Below, piece after piece: positions 7,292-16,079 of a stretch of 64,000 nt of DNA (its first letter is position 1; every line of letters begins with the position of its first letter). This DNA comes from an uncultured bacterium (GTDB lineage Bacteria; Hinthialibacterota; Hinthialibacteria; Hinthialibacterales; Hinthialibacteraceae): positions 29,371 to 93,370 of the forward strand of contig CAZKYC010000001.1 of NCBI GenBank assembly GCA_964556895.1, given 5' to 3'. The position numbers and the translations under genes were made by a program. The notes beneath the pieces were generated by a model. The model saw nothing but the letters and a program-made list of their open reading frames with translations, did no database searches and was not told where the DNA came from.

Positions 7292-8992
7292 TTATTCTCC
7301 TTCCCAAGTGATTGTTTGAGTTACGCTTCCGCCAACGGCAGAGATCAATAAAAAGGCCGTCTTGCTGCCTGGCGCGGCCTGTACCACAACCCTGGCTTCA
7401 CCCACCTCGCCTTTGGCGAGGCGCCCGAATGTGGTTCGCGGTTCGCCTGCGAGAAAGGCGTCATCCGGCAAATCAATTTCCAACCGGGTCGGGACAATCT
7501 CCGTCGTGCGTACGCCGTGTTGTAACGCTGTAGGAAGATAACCGGTGTTGGTCACGCGCGCGGTGACTTCATACACGCCGCGCCGTAATGATTTGACCTC
7601 AATCCCTTCAATCTCAACCCGCGGCAGCGACTCGCCTAGCGAGAGCAGAAACTCAACATGGGATCGCTTCCAGTCGTCGAACACATCCATTGGCGGAGTG
7701 GTCAACGCATACGGCGCCCAACCACCAATCTCTACGGTCTGGCCTGGATAATCGGGATGGTCAAACCCGCGCCATGGAATGAAATAATCGCCAGCCCGGT
7801 CACCCAGCCAATTCAGGTATTCAACCTGGTCTTTCTCGCGTTCTTCTTGAGATGGCTCATCGTCGGTTTCTTCGCCTTCATCGTCTTTTGTCTCATCCTG
7901 CTTCATTGCCAATGCAACCGCTGGGCTCCAGCCTGAGGCGACCAATCCCATTCGCCCGCGATGAAAATACACCCAATCGGTCAACGCACCGCGCACGCTT
8001 TCAGTTTCATCAACCTCGTCAAGGCCAACTAGGTCGCGATAGGTTTCGCCGACGTGGGTGTAATACTCAGCGTCATCGTCTGTGATTTTGGTTTGGGGAG
8101 TCCTGCCTGAAGTTTGCTTTTCCGTAGCGGGCGCTTTCGCGAGGTTGTCGTTTGACGCGAAGGCAAACACCACCCCAATGTTTGGATGGTCAATAATAAA
8201 GCGCCCCAGCGCATTGGTGATGTCTTCTCGTAATGGATACGCTCCGGCCTGGGCGTCAAACCACGGGTAGTCAAACGTGAATTGCTTGTTGAAATTGACG
8301 CCGCCCACTCCATCTTCGTTGAGCATGGCGTCGGCGTCATTGTCTTTGCCCTCGCGCAAGTACACCCACTGGCCGTCTTCGCCTTTGACTGGGTCAGCTT
8401 CGATCAAGATGCGTTCATCATCTGGATGAGCGATGTAGGCGCCGTCGGCGTCTTTCACTCGCATCCAGGTGACAAGCCCGTCGCCGTTGAGGTCTTCGGG
8501 CGGGTCTTCATCAACAAACCCATCGCGGTCGTCATCGTATGGGGTGAGATTTGAATCGCGGTGAAATCGGGGCGAGCGAAAAAAACGCTCTGAGGCGTCT
8601 GGGTTCAATCGTGGAACCACATAGACGGTGATGTCATTCAGCCGCGCCTTGTTGTCAGCGCTGAGCAACGATTCAACGAACGCCAACGCCGCTTCGCTTC
8701 CCGCCGGGCGGTCGCCTTCGATGTCGCCGATCACCAACAATGCCGGACGGACGAGCCGCAGTTCAGCGCCGCCGGCGCCAAGTTCGATGAGCCATACATC
8801 GCGGCCTTCGTTTGATTTCGCTAGCGACGAGTGATGGGCGAGTTTAGAACTGCGGCTTAGCGTTTTCACCTGCTCAGTGAGTTGACGATGAGTCGAGAAC
8901 GGCGGCGCCGACTCGTTTGCAAAGCACATCCGTTGCAAAGGCAGTAGAGAGGCGGCGAACATACCAATGTACAACCAAGGGGAGCGTATCAC
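7292..8992 (-). CDS. M14-like paralog with degenerate zinc ligands, probably a pseudo-peptidase. Secreted.
   Basis: Homologous to the downstream M14 enzyme along its whole length, including the DEDPPEDLNGDG insert. At the position of the NIHGNE zinc motif it reads DIEGDR, so His becomes Glu and Glu becomes Arg. NPDG becomes NPDA. Hydrophobic N-terminus. Its stop is 3 nt from the next gene's start. Confidence 0.7.
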   Translation of the reverse strand: MIRSPWLYIGMFAASLLPLQRMCFANESAPPFSTHRQLTEQVKTLSRSSKLAHHSSLAKSNEGRDVWLIELGAGGAELRLVRPALLVIGDIEGDRPAGSEAALAFVESLLSADNKARLNDITVYVVPRLNPDASERFFRSPRFHRDSNLTPYDDDRDGFVDEDPPEDLNGDGLVTWMRVKDADGAYIAHPDDERILIEADPVKGEDGQWVYLREGKDNDADAMLNEDGVGGVNFNKQFTFDYPWFDAQAGAYPLREDITNALGRFIIDHPNIGVVFAFASNDNLAKAPATEKQTSGRTPQTKITDDDAEYYTHVGETYRDLVGLDEVDETESVRGALTDWVYFHRGRMGLVASGWSPAVALAMKQDETKDDEGEETDDEPSQEEREKDQVEYLNWLGDRAGDYFIPWRGFDHPDYPGQTVEIGGWAPYALTTPPMDVFDDWKRSHVEFLLSLGESLPRVEIEGIEVKSLRRGVYEVTARVTNTGYLPTALQHGVRTTEIVPTRLEIDLPDDAFLAGEPRTTFGRLAKGEVGEARVVVQAAPGSKTAFLLISAVGGSVTQTITWEGE

Positions 8993-9175
8993 GAGATTTT
9001 CCTTCTTACTTGTCAGAGTTTCAAAACAAGTTCAACAATTCAATTTCAACATAGAAACGTTCGCCGCCGACTTCAAGGCCTTGCGCTTGCATTCAACCGC
9101 CGAGTTCGGTTAGACTGTGTGGTTAATTGTCCTGCACGACACGCTCTGTCATCATATCGCCCTGGAGGGTCGTTT

Positions 9176-10798
9176 ATGTCGAACCAGAATTCGAACGGAA
9201 TGCCGCGCGAAAGTTGGGGAACAAAAATCGGGGTCATTCTGGCCGTCGCCGGCAGCGCGGTCGGGCTAGGCAACTTCTTACGCTTTCCTGGCGTCGCTGT
9301 TCAAAACGGCGGCGGCGCGTTTATGGTCCCTTACTTTATTTCGTTTCTCCTGGTCGGCATCCCCATCTGTTGGGCCGAGTGGATCATGGGCCGTCGCGCC
9401 GGGCGGTTGTCAGGCCTCGCCTCTGCGCCTGGGCTGTTTGGCGTATTGACCAACGGCAGCCCCATGCGCTATCTAGGGTCGCTCGGGTTGTTTGTTCCAT
9501 TCATCATCTATTTATATTATGTCTATATCGAGTCGTGGTGCCTCGCCTATTTCTTCTTTATGTTGTCAGGCGCCCTAGATTTAACCGACTCGGCCATCTC
9601 TGGCGTCTATGGCCAATTTTTCAATGAATTTGTCGGCAACTTTACCAGCGATGCCGTCGTGACCACAGATTTTTTCTCTGGCGTTAGCCTGGCTTATTTC
9701 TTTTTCCTCATCACATTCTTCATCAACTTCTTCTTTATCTATCGCGGATTGAGCCGCGGCATTGAACTGTTCTGCCGCTTCGCCATGCCCGCGCTGATGA
9801 TCATGGCGGTCATCATCGCGATTCGCGTTATCACACTTGGCAACGTCACCCCCGAAACCCCCGAACAAAACTTCATCAACGGTTTGGGGTATATGTGGAA
9901 CCCCGACTGGTCGACCCTGAAAAACCCAGAAGTCTGGATCAACGCCTGCGGCCAGATCTTCTTCTCGCTTTCGGTCGGGTTTGGCATCATCATCACCTAC
10001 GCCAGTTATCTCAGCAAAAAAGACGACGTTGTGCTCAGCGGCCTCACCGCCTGCTCAATGAACGAGTTTTGTGAAATTTGTCTGGGCGGGTTGATCGTCA
10101 TCCCGTCAGCGTTGATCTTTTTGGGCATCTCTCAAATGGAATCGGTCGCCCAGGCGGGCACCTTCAGCATTGGCTTTGTCGTCATGCCTGAGATCTTCGA
10201 CCAGATGCCGGCGGGCCATTTGTTTGGCGCCATGTTTTTCTTCTTGCTGTTTCTCGCGGGCGTCACCTCGTCGCTGTCGATGCTACAACCGGTCATCGCG
10301 TTTCTTGAAGAAGGCTTTGGCCTCAACCGAAAGTCGTCAGTCGCCATTTTGAGCCTGATCACCTTTCTCGGCGCCAGCTCGATTATTCTCTCGCCCGGCC
10401 TCACCGCGATGGACACCATCGACAAATATTCCAACAACTTGGGCATCCCGCTGCTCGCCTTGTTTGAAGTCATCATCTTTATCTTTGTGTTAAAAGTCTC
10501 GAATGGAATCAAAGAAGCCCAACACGGCGCTGACTTACAACTGCCCAAAGCGTTTGGGTATGTGATTTATATATCGCCCTTGTTCTTGCTGTTGATTTTG
10601 GGCTGGTGGGTCTACATTCAAGTGTCAGACTATTTAAAAGGGACCGCCCCACCGTTGGGAACGATTGAAACCGTCTCGATCTTAGGCATGATCGCCGTCT
10701 TGATCATGTTGGCGATATTACAAAAACTCGCCTGGCCGCGCATGCAGCGCCGCCACCGCGCATACAAAAAAATGATGGAAACCGAACCACTCGATTAG
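9176..10798 (+). CDS. Sodium-dependent transporter of the neurotransmitter:sodium symporter (NSS / SLC6-like) family.
   Basis: Hallmark N-terminal motif GSAVGLGNFLRFP...GGGAFMVPYFISFLLVGIPICWAEW. About 12 TM segments. RBS GGAGGG lies before the ATG at 9176; the track's start is further upstream in a stretch that is unlikely to be coding. Confidence 0.9.
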   Translation: MSNQNSNGMPRESWGTKIGVILAVAGSAVGLGNFLRFPGVAVQNGGGAFMVPYFISFLLVGIPICWAEWIMGRRAGRLSGLASAPGLFGVLTNGSPMRYLGSLGLFVPFIIYLYYVYIESWCLAYFFFMLSGALDLTDSAISGVYGQFFNEFVGNFTSDAVVTTDFFSGVSLAYFFFLITFFINFFFIYRGLSRGIELFCRFAMPALMIMAVIIAIRVITLGNVTPETPEQNFINGLGYMWNPDWSTLKNPEVWINACGQIFFSLSVGFGIIITYASYLSKKDDVVLSGLTACSMNEFCEICLGGLIVIPSALIFLGISQMESVAQAGTFSIGFVVMPEIFDQMPAGHLFGAMFFFLLFLAGVTSSLSMLQPVIAFLEEGFGLNRKSSVAILSLITFLGASSIILSPGLTAMDTIDKYSNNLGIPLLALFEVIIFIFVLKVSNGIKEAQHGADLQLPKAFGYVIYISPLFLLLILGWWVYIQVSDYLKGTAPPLGTIETVSILGMIAVLIMLAILQKLAWPRMQRRHRAYKKMMETEPLD

Positions 10799-10943
10799 GC
10801 AGCACACCCTCCCCCCAAGATGGGGGAAGATCAAGAGGGGGGTTGAAAGCCCAACGATACGCACTGCGAATCAAACAACCCCCACCCAGCCTCCCCCAAC
10901 TTGGGGGAGGAGTGAACTTTGCAACAAAGAAAGGAAACGAATC

Positions 10944-11132
10944 ATGGAACCAATGGGATGGGTGATCTTTCTAATTTCAAACGCCGCTGTAATCGCGTTG
11001 GTGGTCTTCTGTTTCAGCCGCGTGTTGTCAGTCGATTCAGAACACATGCACCCCACAGTCGAAATCGACACACATGACTTAAACGACAACGACAATGAAA
11101 ACGGCGACGCGCCGCTAAACCCCAACAACTGA
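10944..11132 (+). CDS. Small single-TM protein with an acidic tail, immediately downstream of the NSS transporter.
   Basis: 62 aa. One hydrophobic helix WVIFLISNAAVIALVVFCF followed by an Asp/Asn-rich tail. AGGAAA sits 8 nt before the ATG. Speculative. Confidence 0.35.
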   Translation: MEPMGWVIFLISNAAVIALVVFCFSRVLSVDSEHMHPTVEIDTHDLNDNDNENGDAPLNPNN

Positions 11133-11134
11133 CC

Positions 11135-11785
11135 TCACATCGAGCGGATCAGGCCCACCACGATGCCCAACAGCGCAAAACTTTGGCCGTTGTCTGGGCC
11201 GCCCGCGTCGGGGATATGAATCGGGGCGTATGCCCGGTTGGCCGGTTCCAAAACCACTTCGTTTGATCCGCGTTTATACCGCTTCACCGTCGCTTCATCT
11301 TCTAACCGCGCCACCACGATGTCGCCGTTATTGGCGTTGTCTTGTTGGCGCACTACCACAATGTCGCCGTCATGAATGCCCGCTTCGACCATACTGTCGC
11401 CACTCACGCGCAAACCAAACAAATCAGGCTCAGCCGCGCGGTCGCCGAAAAACTGTGGGTCAACTGTCAACTCGTCTTCGCGAATGTCAGGCTCAGCCAG
11501 GCTAAACGGCCCGGCGGGCACCCGCCCCACAATCGGCATCTGATACGTCCGTCTGGGCGGCGGCGGCGCGGGGCGGTCGGTGCGGCGCATTCCTCGCGAC
11601 GTGTTTGACTGCACTTCGAGATGCCCCATTTTCTGAAGCCGCAACAGGTGATAGCGAGCGCCATTGGTCGACGCAATTTTGAAGCGCTTACAAATTTCCC
11701 GTAGGGTTGGGGGGTAACCGCTTTCGTCCATACTTTCGTCGATGAATGCCAGAATTTCTTTTTGCCGCTTGGTCAATTCTTTCAT
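11135..11785 (-). CDS. lexA: LexA repressor (S24 peptidase).
   Basis: N-terminal winged HTH (TKRQKEILAFI...GYPPTLREICKRF...LLRLQKMGHLE). C-terminal S24 domain with the catalytic Ser (VSGDSM) and Lys (VKRYKR). RBS GGAGAG lies 5 nt before the ATG of MKELTK; the track's M at 11797 is a TTG overlapping this RBS. Confidence 0.9.
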   Translation of the reverse strand: MKELTKRQKEILAFIDESMDESGYPPTLREICKRFKIASTNGARYHLLRLQKMGHLEVQSNTSRGMRRTDRPAPPPPRRTYQMPIVGRVPAGPFSLAEPDIREDELTVDPQFFGDRAAEPDLFGLRVSGDSMVEAGIHDGDIVVVRQQDNANNGDIVVARLEDEATVKRYKRGSNEVVLEPANRAYAPIHIPDAGGPDNGQSFALLGIVVGLIRSM

Positions 11786-11827
11786 GGCGCTCTCCAAATG
11801 AGTGCTATTTTGTTCAATATTATATGT

Positions 11828-11839
11828 GTACGGATGTTC
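11828..11839. promoter_or_regulatory. Candidate SOS (LexA) box, GTAC-N4-GTTC, in the lexA promoter region.
   Basis: Near-palindrome tGTACggatGTTCa about 43 bp upstream of the lexA start codon. It resembles Gram-positive/cyanobacterial GAAC-N4-GTTC and RGTAC-N3-DGTWC LexA boxes. lexA autoregulation is the rule. Confidence 0.35.
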
Positions 11840-11939
11840 ACTGTCAAGAAGGTGTTTTCACTTTTTGTAAGTTGAGTAGCCCCAGTGGCGCGGGGCCGTT
11901 CTCTCACCTATAGTACTGGCAGATGATATCGGTGCGGCC

Positions 11940-12755
11940 ATGAAACAGCGAATCAAACACATTCTATTTCACCGTCATTTGATCTATGAATTTCTCAAGC
12001 GCGACCTTCAGGCGCGCTACCTGGGCAGCGCCATCGGGTTTTTCTGGTCGGTGATCAATCCGCTCATTTTATTGGCGGTTTATGCGGTGGTGTTTGGCTA
12101 CATTCTCAAGGCGAAATATGACGCTCTCGGCTTTGGCGAGGCAGGCACAGTGGCGTTTGCGTTTTATATCTTCAGCGGGCTGATGCCGTGGTTCGCCTTT
12201 CAAGAGTCGCTGATGCGCACCACCACCAGCATCGTTGACAACGCCCATTTGATCAAACAAGTTCGTTTCCCCGCGAAGGTGTTGCCCGCCTATCTCACCA
12301 TCTCAAGCCTGATCAACCAATTGATCGGGACAAGTATCTTCATGGCCGGCTATCTGGCGTTTACCTCAAGCGCCCATCTTACTTGGTTGGCGCTGCCGCT
12401 GGTGTTGGCGGTTGAGTTTGTCATGTTTTTTGGGCTGGGGTTGTTCTTCTCAACGCTGCATACCTACATCCGCGACGTGGGCCCGCTAATCAGCATCATC
12501 ACCATGATTATGATGTGGACGACGCCCATGCTCTATACGCTTGAGATGGCCCAACAGGCGCCGCAGTGGGTGCAGTCGGTTCTCTACGCCAACCCGATCA
12601 CCTATTTGATTCTAATTCACCATGATTTGATGTTGAAAGGCGTGTGGCCCGCGTTATGGCTGTGGCTGGTATTTGGCGGGATATCGTTTGTCTCTTTGAT
12701 ATTGGGGTATTGGTTGTTCACACGCTGCCATAGCGAATTCGCCGACCTACTCTGA
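11940..12755 (+). CDS. ABC-2 type (Wzm/KpsM/TagG-like) polysaccharide-export permease.
   Basis: 271 aa with 6 TM segments. The N-terminus RDLQARYLGSAIGFFWSVINPLILLAVYAVVF is typical of ABC-2 permeases. No ATPase partner is adjacent. Confidence 0.7.
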   Translation: MKQRIKHILFHRHLIYEFLKRDLQARYLGSAIGFFWSVINPLILLAVYAVVFGYILKAKYDALGFGEAGTVAFAFYIFSGLMPWFAFQESLMRTTTSIVDNAHLIKQVRFPAKVLPAYLTISSLINQLIGTSIFMAGYLAFTSSAHLTWLALPLVLAVEFVMFFGLGLFFSTLHTYIRDVGPLISIITMIMMWTTPMLYTLEMAQQAPQWVQSVLYANPITYLILIHHDLMLKGVWPALWLWLVFGGISFVSLILGYWLFTRCHSEFADLL

Positions 12756-13463
12756 TTCACAGGTCGTGTTTTCAAATTCGACTTTCTTTATCCACTCTAA
12801 CACCGCATCCGCCAATACCGCATCAAGTCTTGACGCGCGCATCCCCATCTGGATCAGCAACGGCAGCCCCCACGGTCTTGATGCGATCACTTTGAGTGAA
12901 GCGCCAATGTTGGGAAAACCGTCTTGCCCGATACAGCGAATCGCCTCTTCAGAAACCACTTCATCCGCGCCGTCTGAGATGGCTTTGATCCATGCGAAGC
13001 GTTCCCCGCGAGCCTTGGCGTGAATGGCGACTGCGGCGGATTCCATGTCGACTAAGTCGGCGTTCAACCGCTGTCGAACATCGCGCTTACTTTCAGGGGT
13101 CAACAGTGGTGTATTGCTGCAATAGAGAAAATGTGATTGGTTTACGGTAAAGCCCACGGTGTTTCCATCATTTGTGATGACAGAGCCGCCTTGATAACAG
13201 GTCCCAACTTCGATCTCATCATGCAGTGCGCCCGCCGCGCCAAACGAAAGCCAATACGAAACCGGATCGCTGCCAAGCGACTCGAGTTGGGCCTGCATGC
13301 GCGTTCGTCCCACTCCAGAGGCGATGAGGGTCAACTGTGCGCCGCCATACGGGCTGACGGTATGCACAACAGTACGCTTTGGAGCCAGCGGGGCGGTCCC
13401 CAACCGCTTACAGAGCGCTCGCGTCTCCATCGGCATGGCCGCGCACAATACAATTCGGTCCAT
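12747..13463 (-). CDS. PNP_UDP_1 family nucleosidase, either an MTA/SAH nucleosidase or a futalosine hydrolase MqnB-like enzyme.
   Basis: IVLCAAMPMETRAL...LIASGVG...FGAAGAL...DMESAAVA fits the nucleoside phosphorylase/nucleosidase fold. The start is taken at the internal Met (MDRIV) to avoid a 41-nt overlap with the upstream gene; it is uncertain. Confidence 0.5.
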   Translation of the reverse strand: MDRIVLCAAMPMETRALCKRLGTAPLAPKRTVVHTVSPYGGAQLTLIASGVGRTRMQAQLESLGSDPVSYWLSFGAAGALHDEIEVGTCYQGGSVITNDGNTVGFTVNQSHFLYCSNTPLLTPESKRDVRQRLNADLVDMESAAVAIHAKARGERFAWIKAISDGADEVVSEEAIRCIGQDGFPNIGASLKVIASRPWGLPLLIQMGMRASRLDAVLADAVLEWIKKVEFENTTCESE

Positions 13464-13542
13464 GGCTTCAGACTTTACAAAACGTTGTTGAATGAATGAT
13501 AAATAAAAACTACACTCATTTTTTCGAGTGAGATTGGCCGCT

Positions 13543-15006
13543 TTATTCGCCAAACGCCCACAAGGCGCTTTCTGTTCTGACAAAGAGGGCTTCGCCCGCG
13601 ATCATTGGCGTGGCGAAGACGCCTTCGCCCAATTCGTTCGCGCCTAACACGTCTGGCTCAGCGCCCGTTGTAAACGAAGTGATCTTACCGCCCTGTGATG
13701 AGATATAAATACGGCCGTTCGCCGAGACGGGCGAGGCCGAATAATTCTCCTTGACGCCCAGGCGCTTGCGGTAGACTTCTTCGCCTGTCTTTGCGTCTAA
13801 ACAGGTGACCACCCCGCCCGCTTTGCAGAGATACACCAGGCCATCGACATAGATGCAAGACGGCATGTAGGGAATCGAGCGTTCGTATGTCCAGACCACT
13901 TCGTTCTTGCCCTTACCGTCAGATTTGACCGCCTTGATCGATGAGCGAACGTTTAGCGAAACCATGGTAATAAAGTTAGTTAGTTCGTCTTCAGACATTG
14001 AGTTGCTTTTGTCGCGGTCGACCCATAGAATTACGCCTTCGGCGAGCATCTTGCCTTCCGGCAAGTCGGGGTCCATGACAATCATCACGTCATTGGGAAT
14101 CTCTTCGGCAGTGACTAATTTGTCGCCGTTCTTGTCAAACTGTACATAATAGTCCCACGAAAAATAATTCACTTTCGAGTCAGACTCAGTCGCTGAGAGC
14201 GTACTGGCCAATAAATAGTCGCTCCCCACGATTGGGATGGGAATCGCCGCGCCGAACCCATCCACCGTCCAGAGTTGGTTGCCTGAGAGCGGGTCGTATG
14301 AGGTGAGGCGCCCGCCGCCCAAGACAATGAGTTCGTCGCCCGAGTCTTTGCTCCACAATAGCGGCGTCGACCAGTTGGGGTTATACACTTCGCGCTTGGC
14401 CTTCCAGGCTTCTGTTCCGTCTTTTTTGTTCAGCGCTAAGAGATACGAGTCGCCGTCGAGGCTGTCGTGAATCAAATAGACGAAGTTCTTATACAGAACC
14501 GGCGAGGTCGCCGTTCCGTGCATGTTCATGGGGGTACGGACCGGCGTGGTCCAGACCTGGTTGCCGTGGTGGTCATAACACAACATGCCAAACGAACCAA
14601 AATAGATATACACCATGTTCTCATCAACGGCGGGCGACGAACTCGCCGGGCTGTTTTGGGGATGGTGAGGCTCGGCCTTGTCGACAGCGAAGGCTTTCTT
14701 CCAAATGGGGGCGCCCGTCTTGCGGTTGATGCAAATGGTGATCAGTGACGACTCTTCAAACCCGGTGATGAATATCTTGTCGCCCCACATCACCGGCGAC
14801 GATTGGCCCTTGGGCAGTTCGGCTTTCCATCTCAGGTTTTTGTCTGCTCCAAATTCAATGGGCGGATTGGCGTTTTCAGCGACGCCGCTGCCGTTTGGCC
14901 CGCGAAAACGGTCCCACTGGCTGTTCGCATTGACGGCCAAGCAAGCGGTCAAGGCGAAAACCGCCATGCCCCAAACTACATTTTGTGTACGAGAAAACAT
15001 ATTCAT
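13543..15006 (-). CDS. Secreted PQQ-like beta-propeller repeat protein.
   Basis: Signal peptide MNMFSRTQNVVWGMAVFALTACLAVNA, with RBS AAGGA 6 nt before the ATG. Repeated W-x-hydrophobic-G beta-propeller blades (IWKKAF, LWTVDG, VVWTYE). One EF-hand-like loop DKNGDKLVTAEE. Confidence 0.6.
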   Translation of the reverse strand: MNMFSRTQNVVWGMAVFALTACLAVNANSQWDRFRGPNGSGVAENANPPIEFGADKNLRWKAELPKGQSSPVMWGDKIFITGFEESSLITICINRKTGAPIWKKAFAVDKAEPHHPQNSPASSSPAVDENMVYIYFGSFGMLCYDHHGNQVWTTPVRTPMNMHGTATSPVLYKNFVYLIHDSLDGDSYLLALNKKDGTEAWKAKREVYNPNWSTPLLWSKDSGDELIVLGGGRLTSYDPLSGNQLWTVDGFGAAIPIPIVGSDYLLASTLSATESDSKVNYFSWDYYVQFDKNGDKLVTAEEIPNDVMIVMDPDLPEGKMLAEGVILWVDRDKSNSMSEDELTNFITMVSLNVRSSIKAVKSDGKGKNEVVWTYERSIPYMPSCIYVDGLVYLCKAGGVVTCLDAKTGEEVYRKRLGVKENYSASPVSANGRIYISSQGGKITSFTTGAEPDVLGANELGEGVFATPMIAGEALFVRTESALWAFGE

Positions 15007-15116
15007 TGCATGTCCTTTAATGGTGAATGATTTTAATAGTGAATTCGAAACGATAGAGTAATGGAATGATAAAGCAAGTCGTGATGAAGTCAAATTAAAA
15101 TGATGATGAGAAGAGT

Positions 15117-15881
15117 TTACCCGGTCCCCCACACGATCATTCGGGGTTGGGAAGCGTCAAACGCCTCGCCGTTGAAGTCGCCTAGAACGCCATCAACCTT
15201 GAGGTCAGCCGACGAGAGCATTTCGCAAATATCATCATACGAATAGAGCCTGACCGACTCGTGAAACGCCCGCGTCTCGCCGCCCCAGTTTTCGATCACG
15301 ATCTCTTTTTCGACCCGTTCGCCGTCGCCTGAAAACGACCGCGTCTCGCGAATGAGATAGGCGCCGTGTTTGCGTTCGCTGGTCGGCTCAAAGTTGGCGC
15401 GAACATGGTCGGGGTTGAGGTAATCAATCAAATAGCGCCCGCCCGCTTTAAGCGCACGGCGAATCTCATGTAATACCTTCAGGTTTTCAACATTGGTTTT
15501 GAAATACCCGAATGAAGTAAAAAACATCATAAGCGCGTCGATGCTGCCGTCGCGAAGCGGCAACATGCGCATGTCGCCGCGAAGATACCGCGCCCGCGGT
15601 TTTTCTGACTGGCCGAAGCGCAACAACGGGTACGAATAGTCAACCCCTGTCACATTCTCAAAACTCAGCCGTTTCAGCGCGCGGCTGTGCCGGCCATTGC
15701 CGCAGCATAAATCTAAAATTGCGTCTGTTGGTTTGAGAGCAAGCAGGTTGGCCGCCGCCAACGCTTCAATCCGGGCGCTGGCGTCGTCGCGATGAGAATA
15801 GACATCAAGGTAGATATCATTAAACCAGTCGCGCCACCATGCGTCAGTTTGTTTGGGTTGCGGTTGAGTCGCCATACTCAC
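15117..15881 (-). CDS. Class I SAM-dependent methyltransferase.
   Basis: Motif I ILDLCCGNGRHS, plus the motif post-I acidic residue and a following hydrophobic beta strand. Confidence 0.75.
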   Translation of the reverse strand: MSMATQPQPKQTDAWWRDWFNDIYLDVYSHRDDASARIEALAAANLLALKPTDAILDLCCGNGRHSRALKRLSFENVTGVDYSYPLLRFGQSEKPRARYLRGDMRMLPLRDGSIDALMMFFTSFGYFKTNVENLKVLHEIRRALKAGGRYLIDYLNPDHVRANFEPTSERKHGAYLIRETRSFSGDGERVEKEIVIENWGGETRAFHESVRLYSYDDICEMLSSADLKVDGVLGDFNGEAFDASQPRMIVWGTG

Positions 15882-16079
15882 GATGCGCTTTCGTATGCAG
15901 GGTGAGTTCTCAACCCACCCTCTTCAATGATCTCAAGATAACAGTGTATCAAACGACGCCCCAAATGCCGACAGACGGCCAGCGCTTTTATCAAGAGCTA
16001 CGCGAAAACTTGATTCAGGCTGCGCTTCATCATAGGGTAGTGTTCACCAATTCAATAAATCTAGATCGTGCGAGGCGAA

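Noticed and set aside
10871-11128. 85-aa minus-strand ORF antisense to the small TM protein after the NSS transporter.
   Set aside because: No RBS and a low-complexity Ser/Leu-rich product. The plus-strand 62-aa ORF with a TM helix and RBS is the better, though still weak, model.
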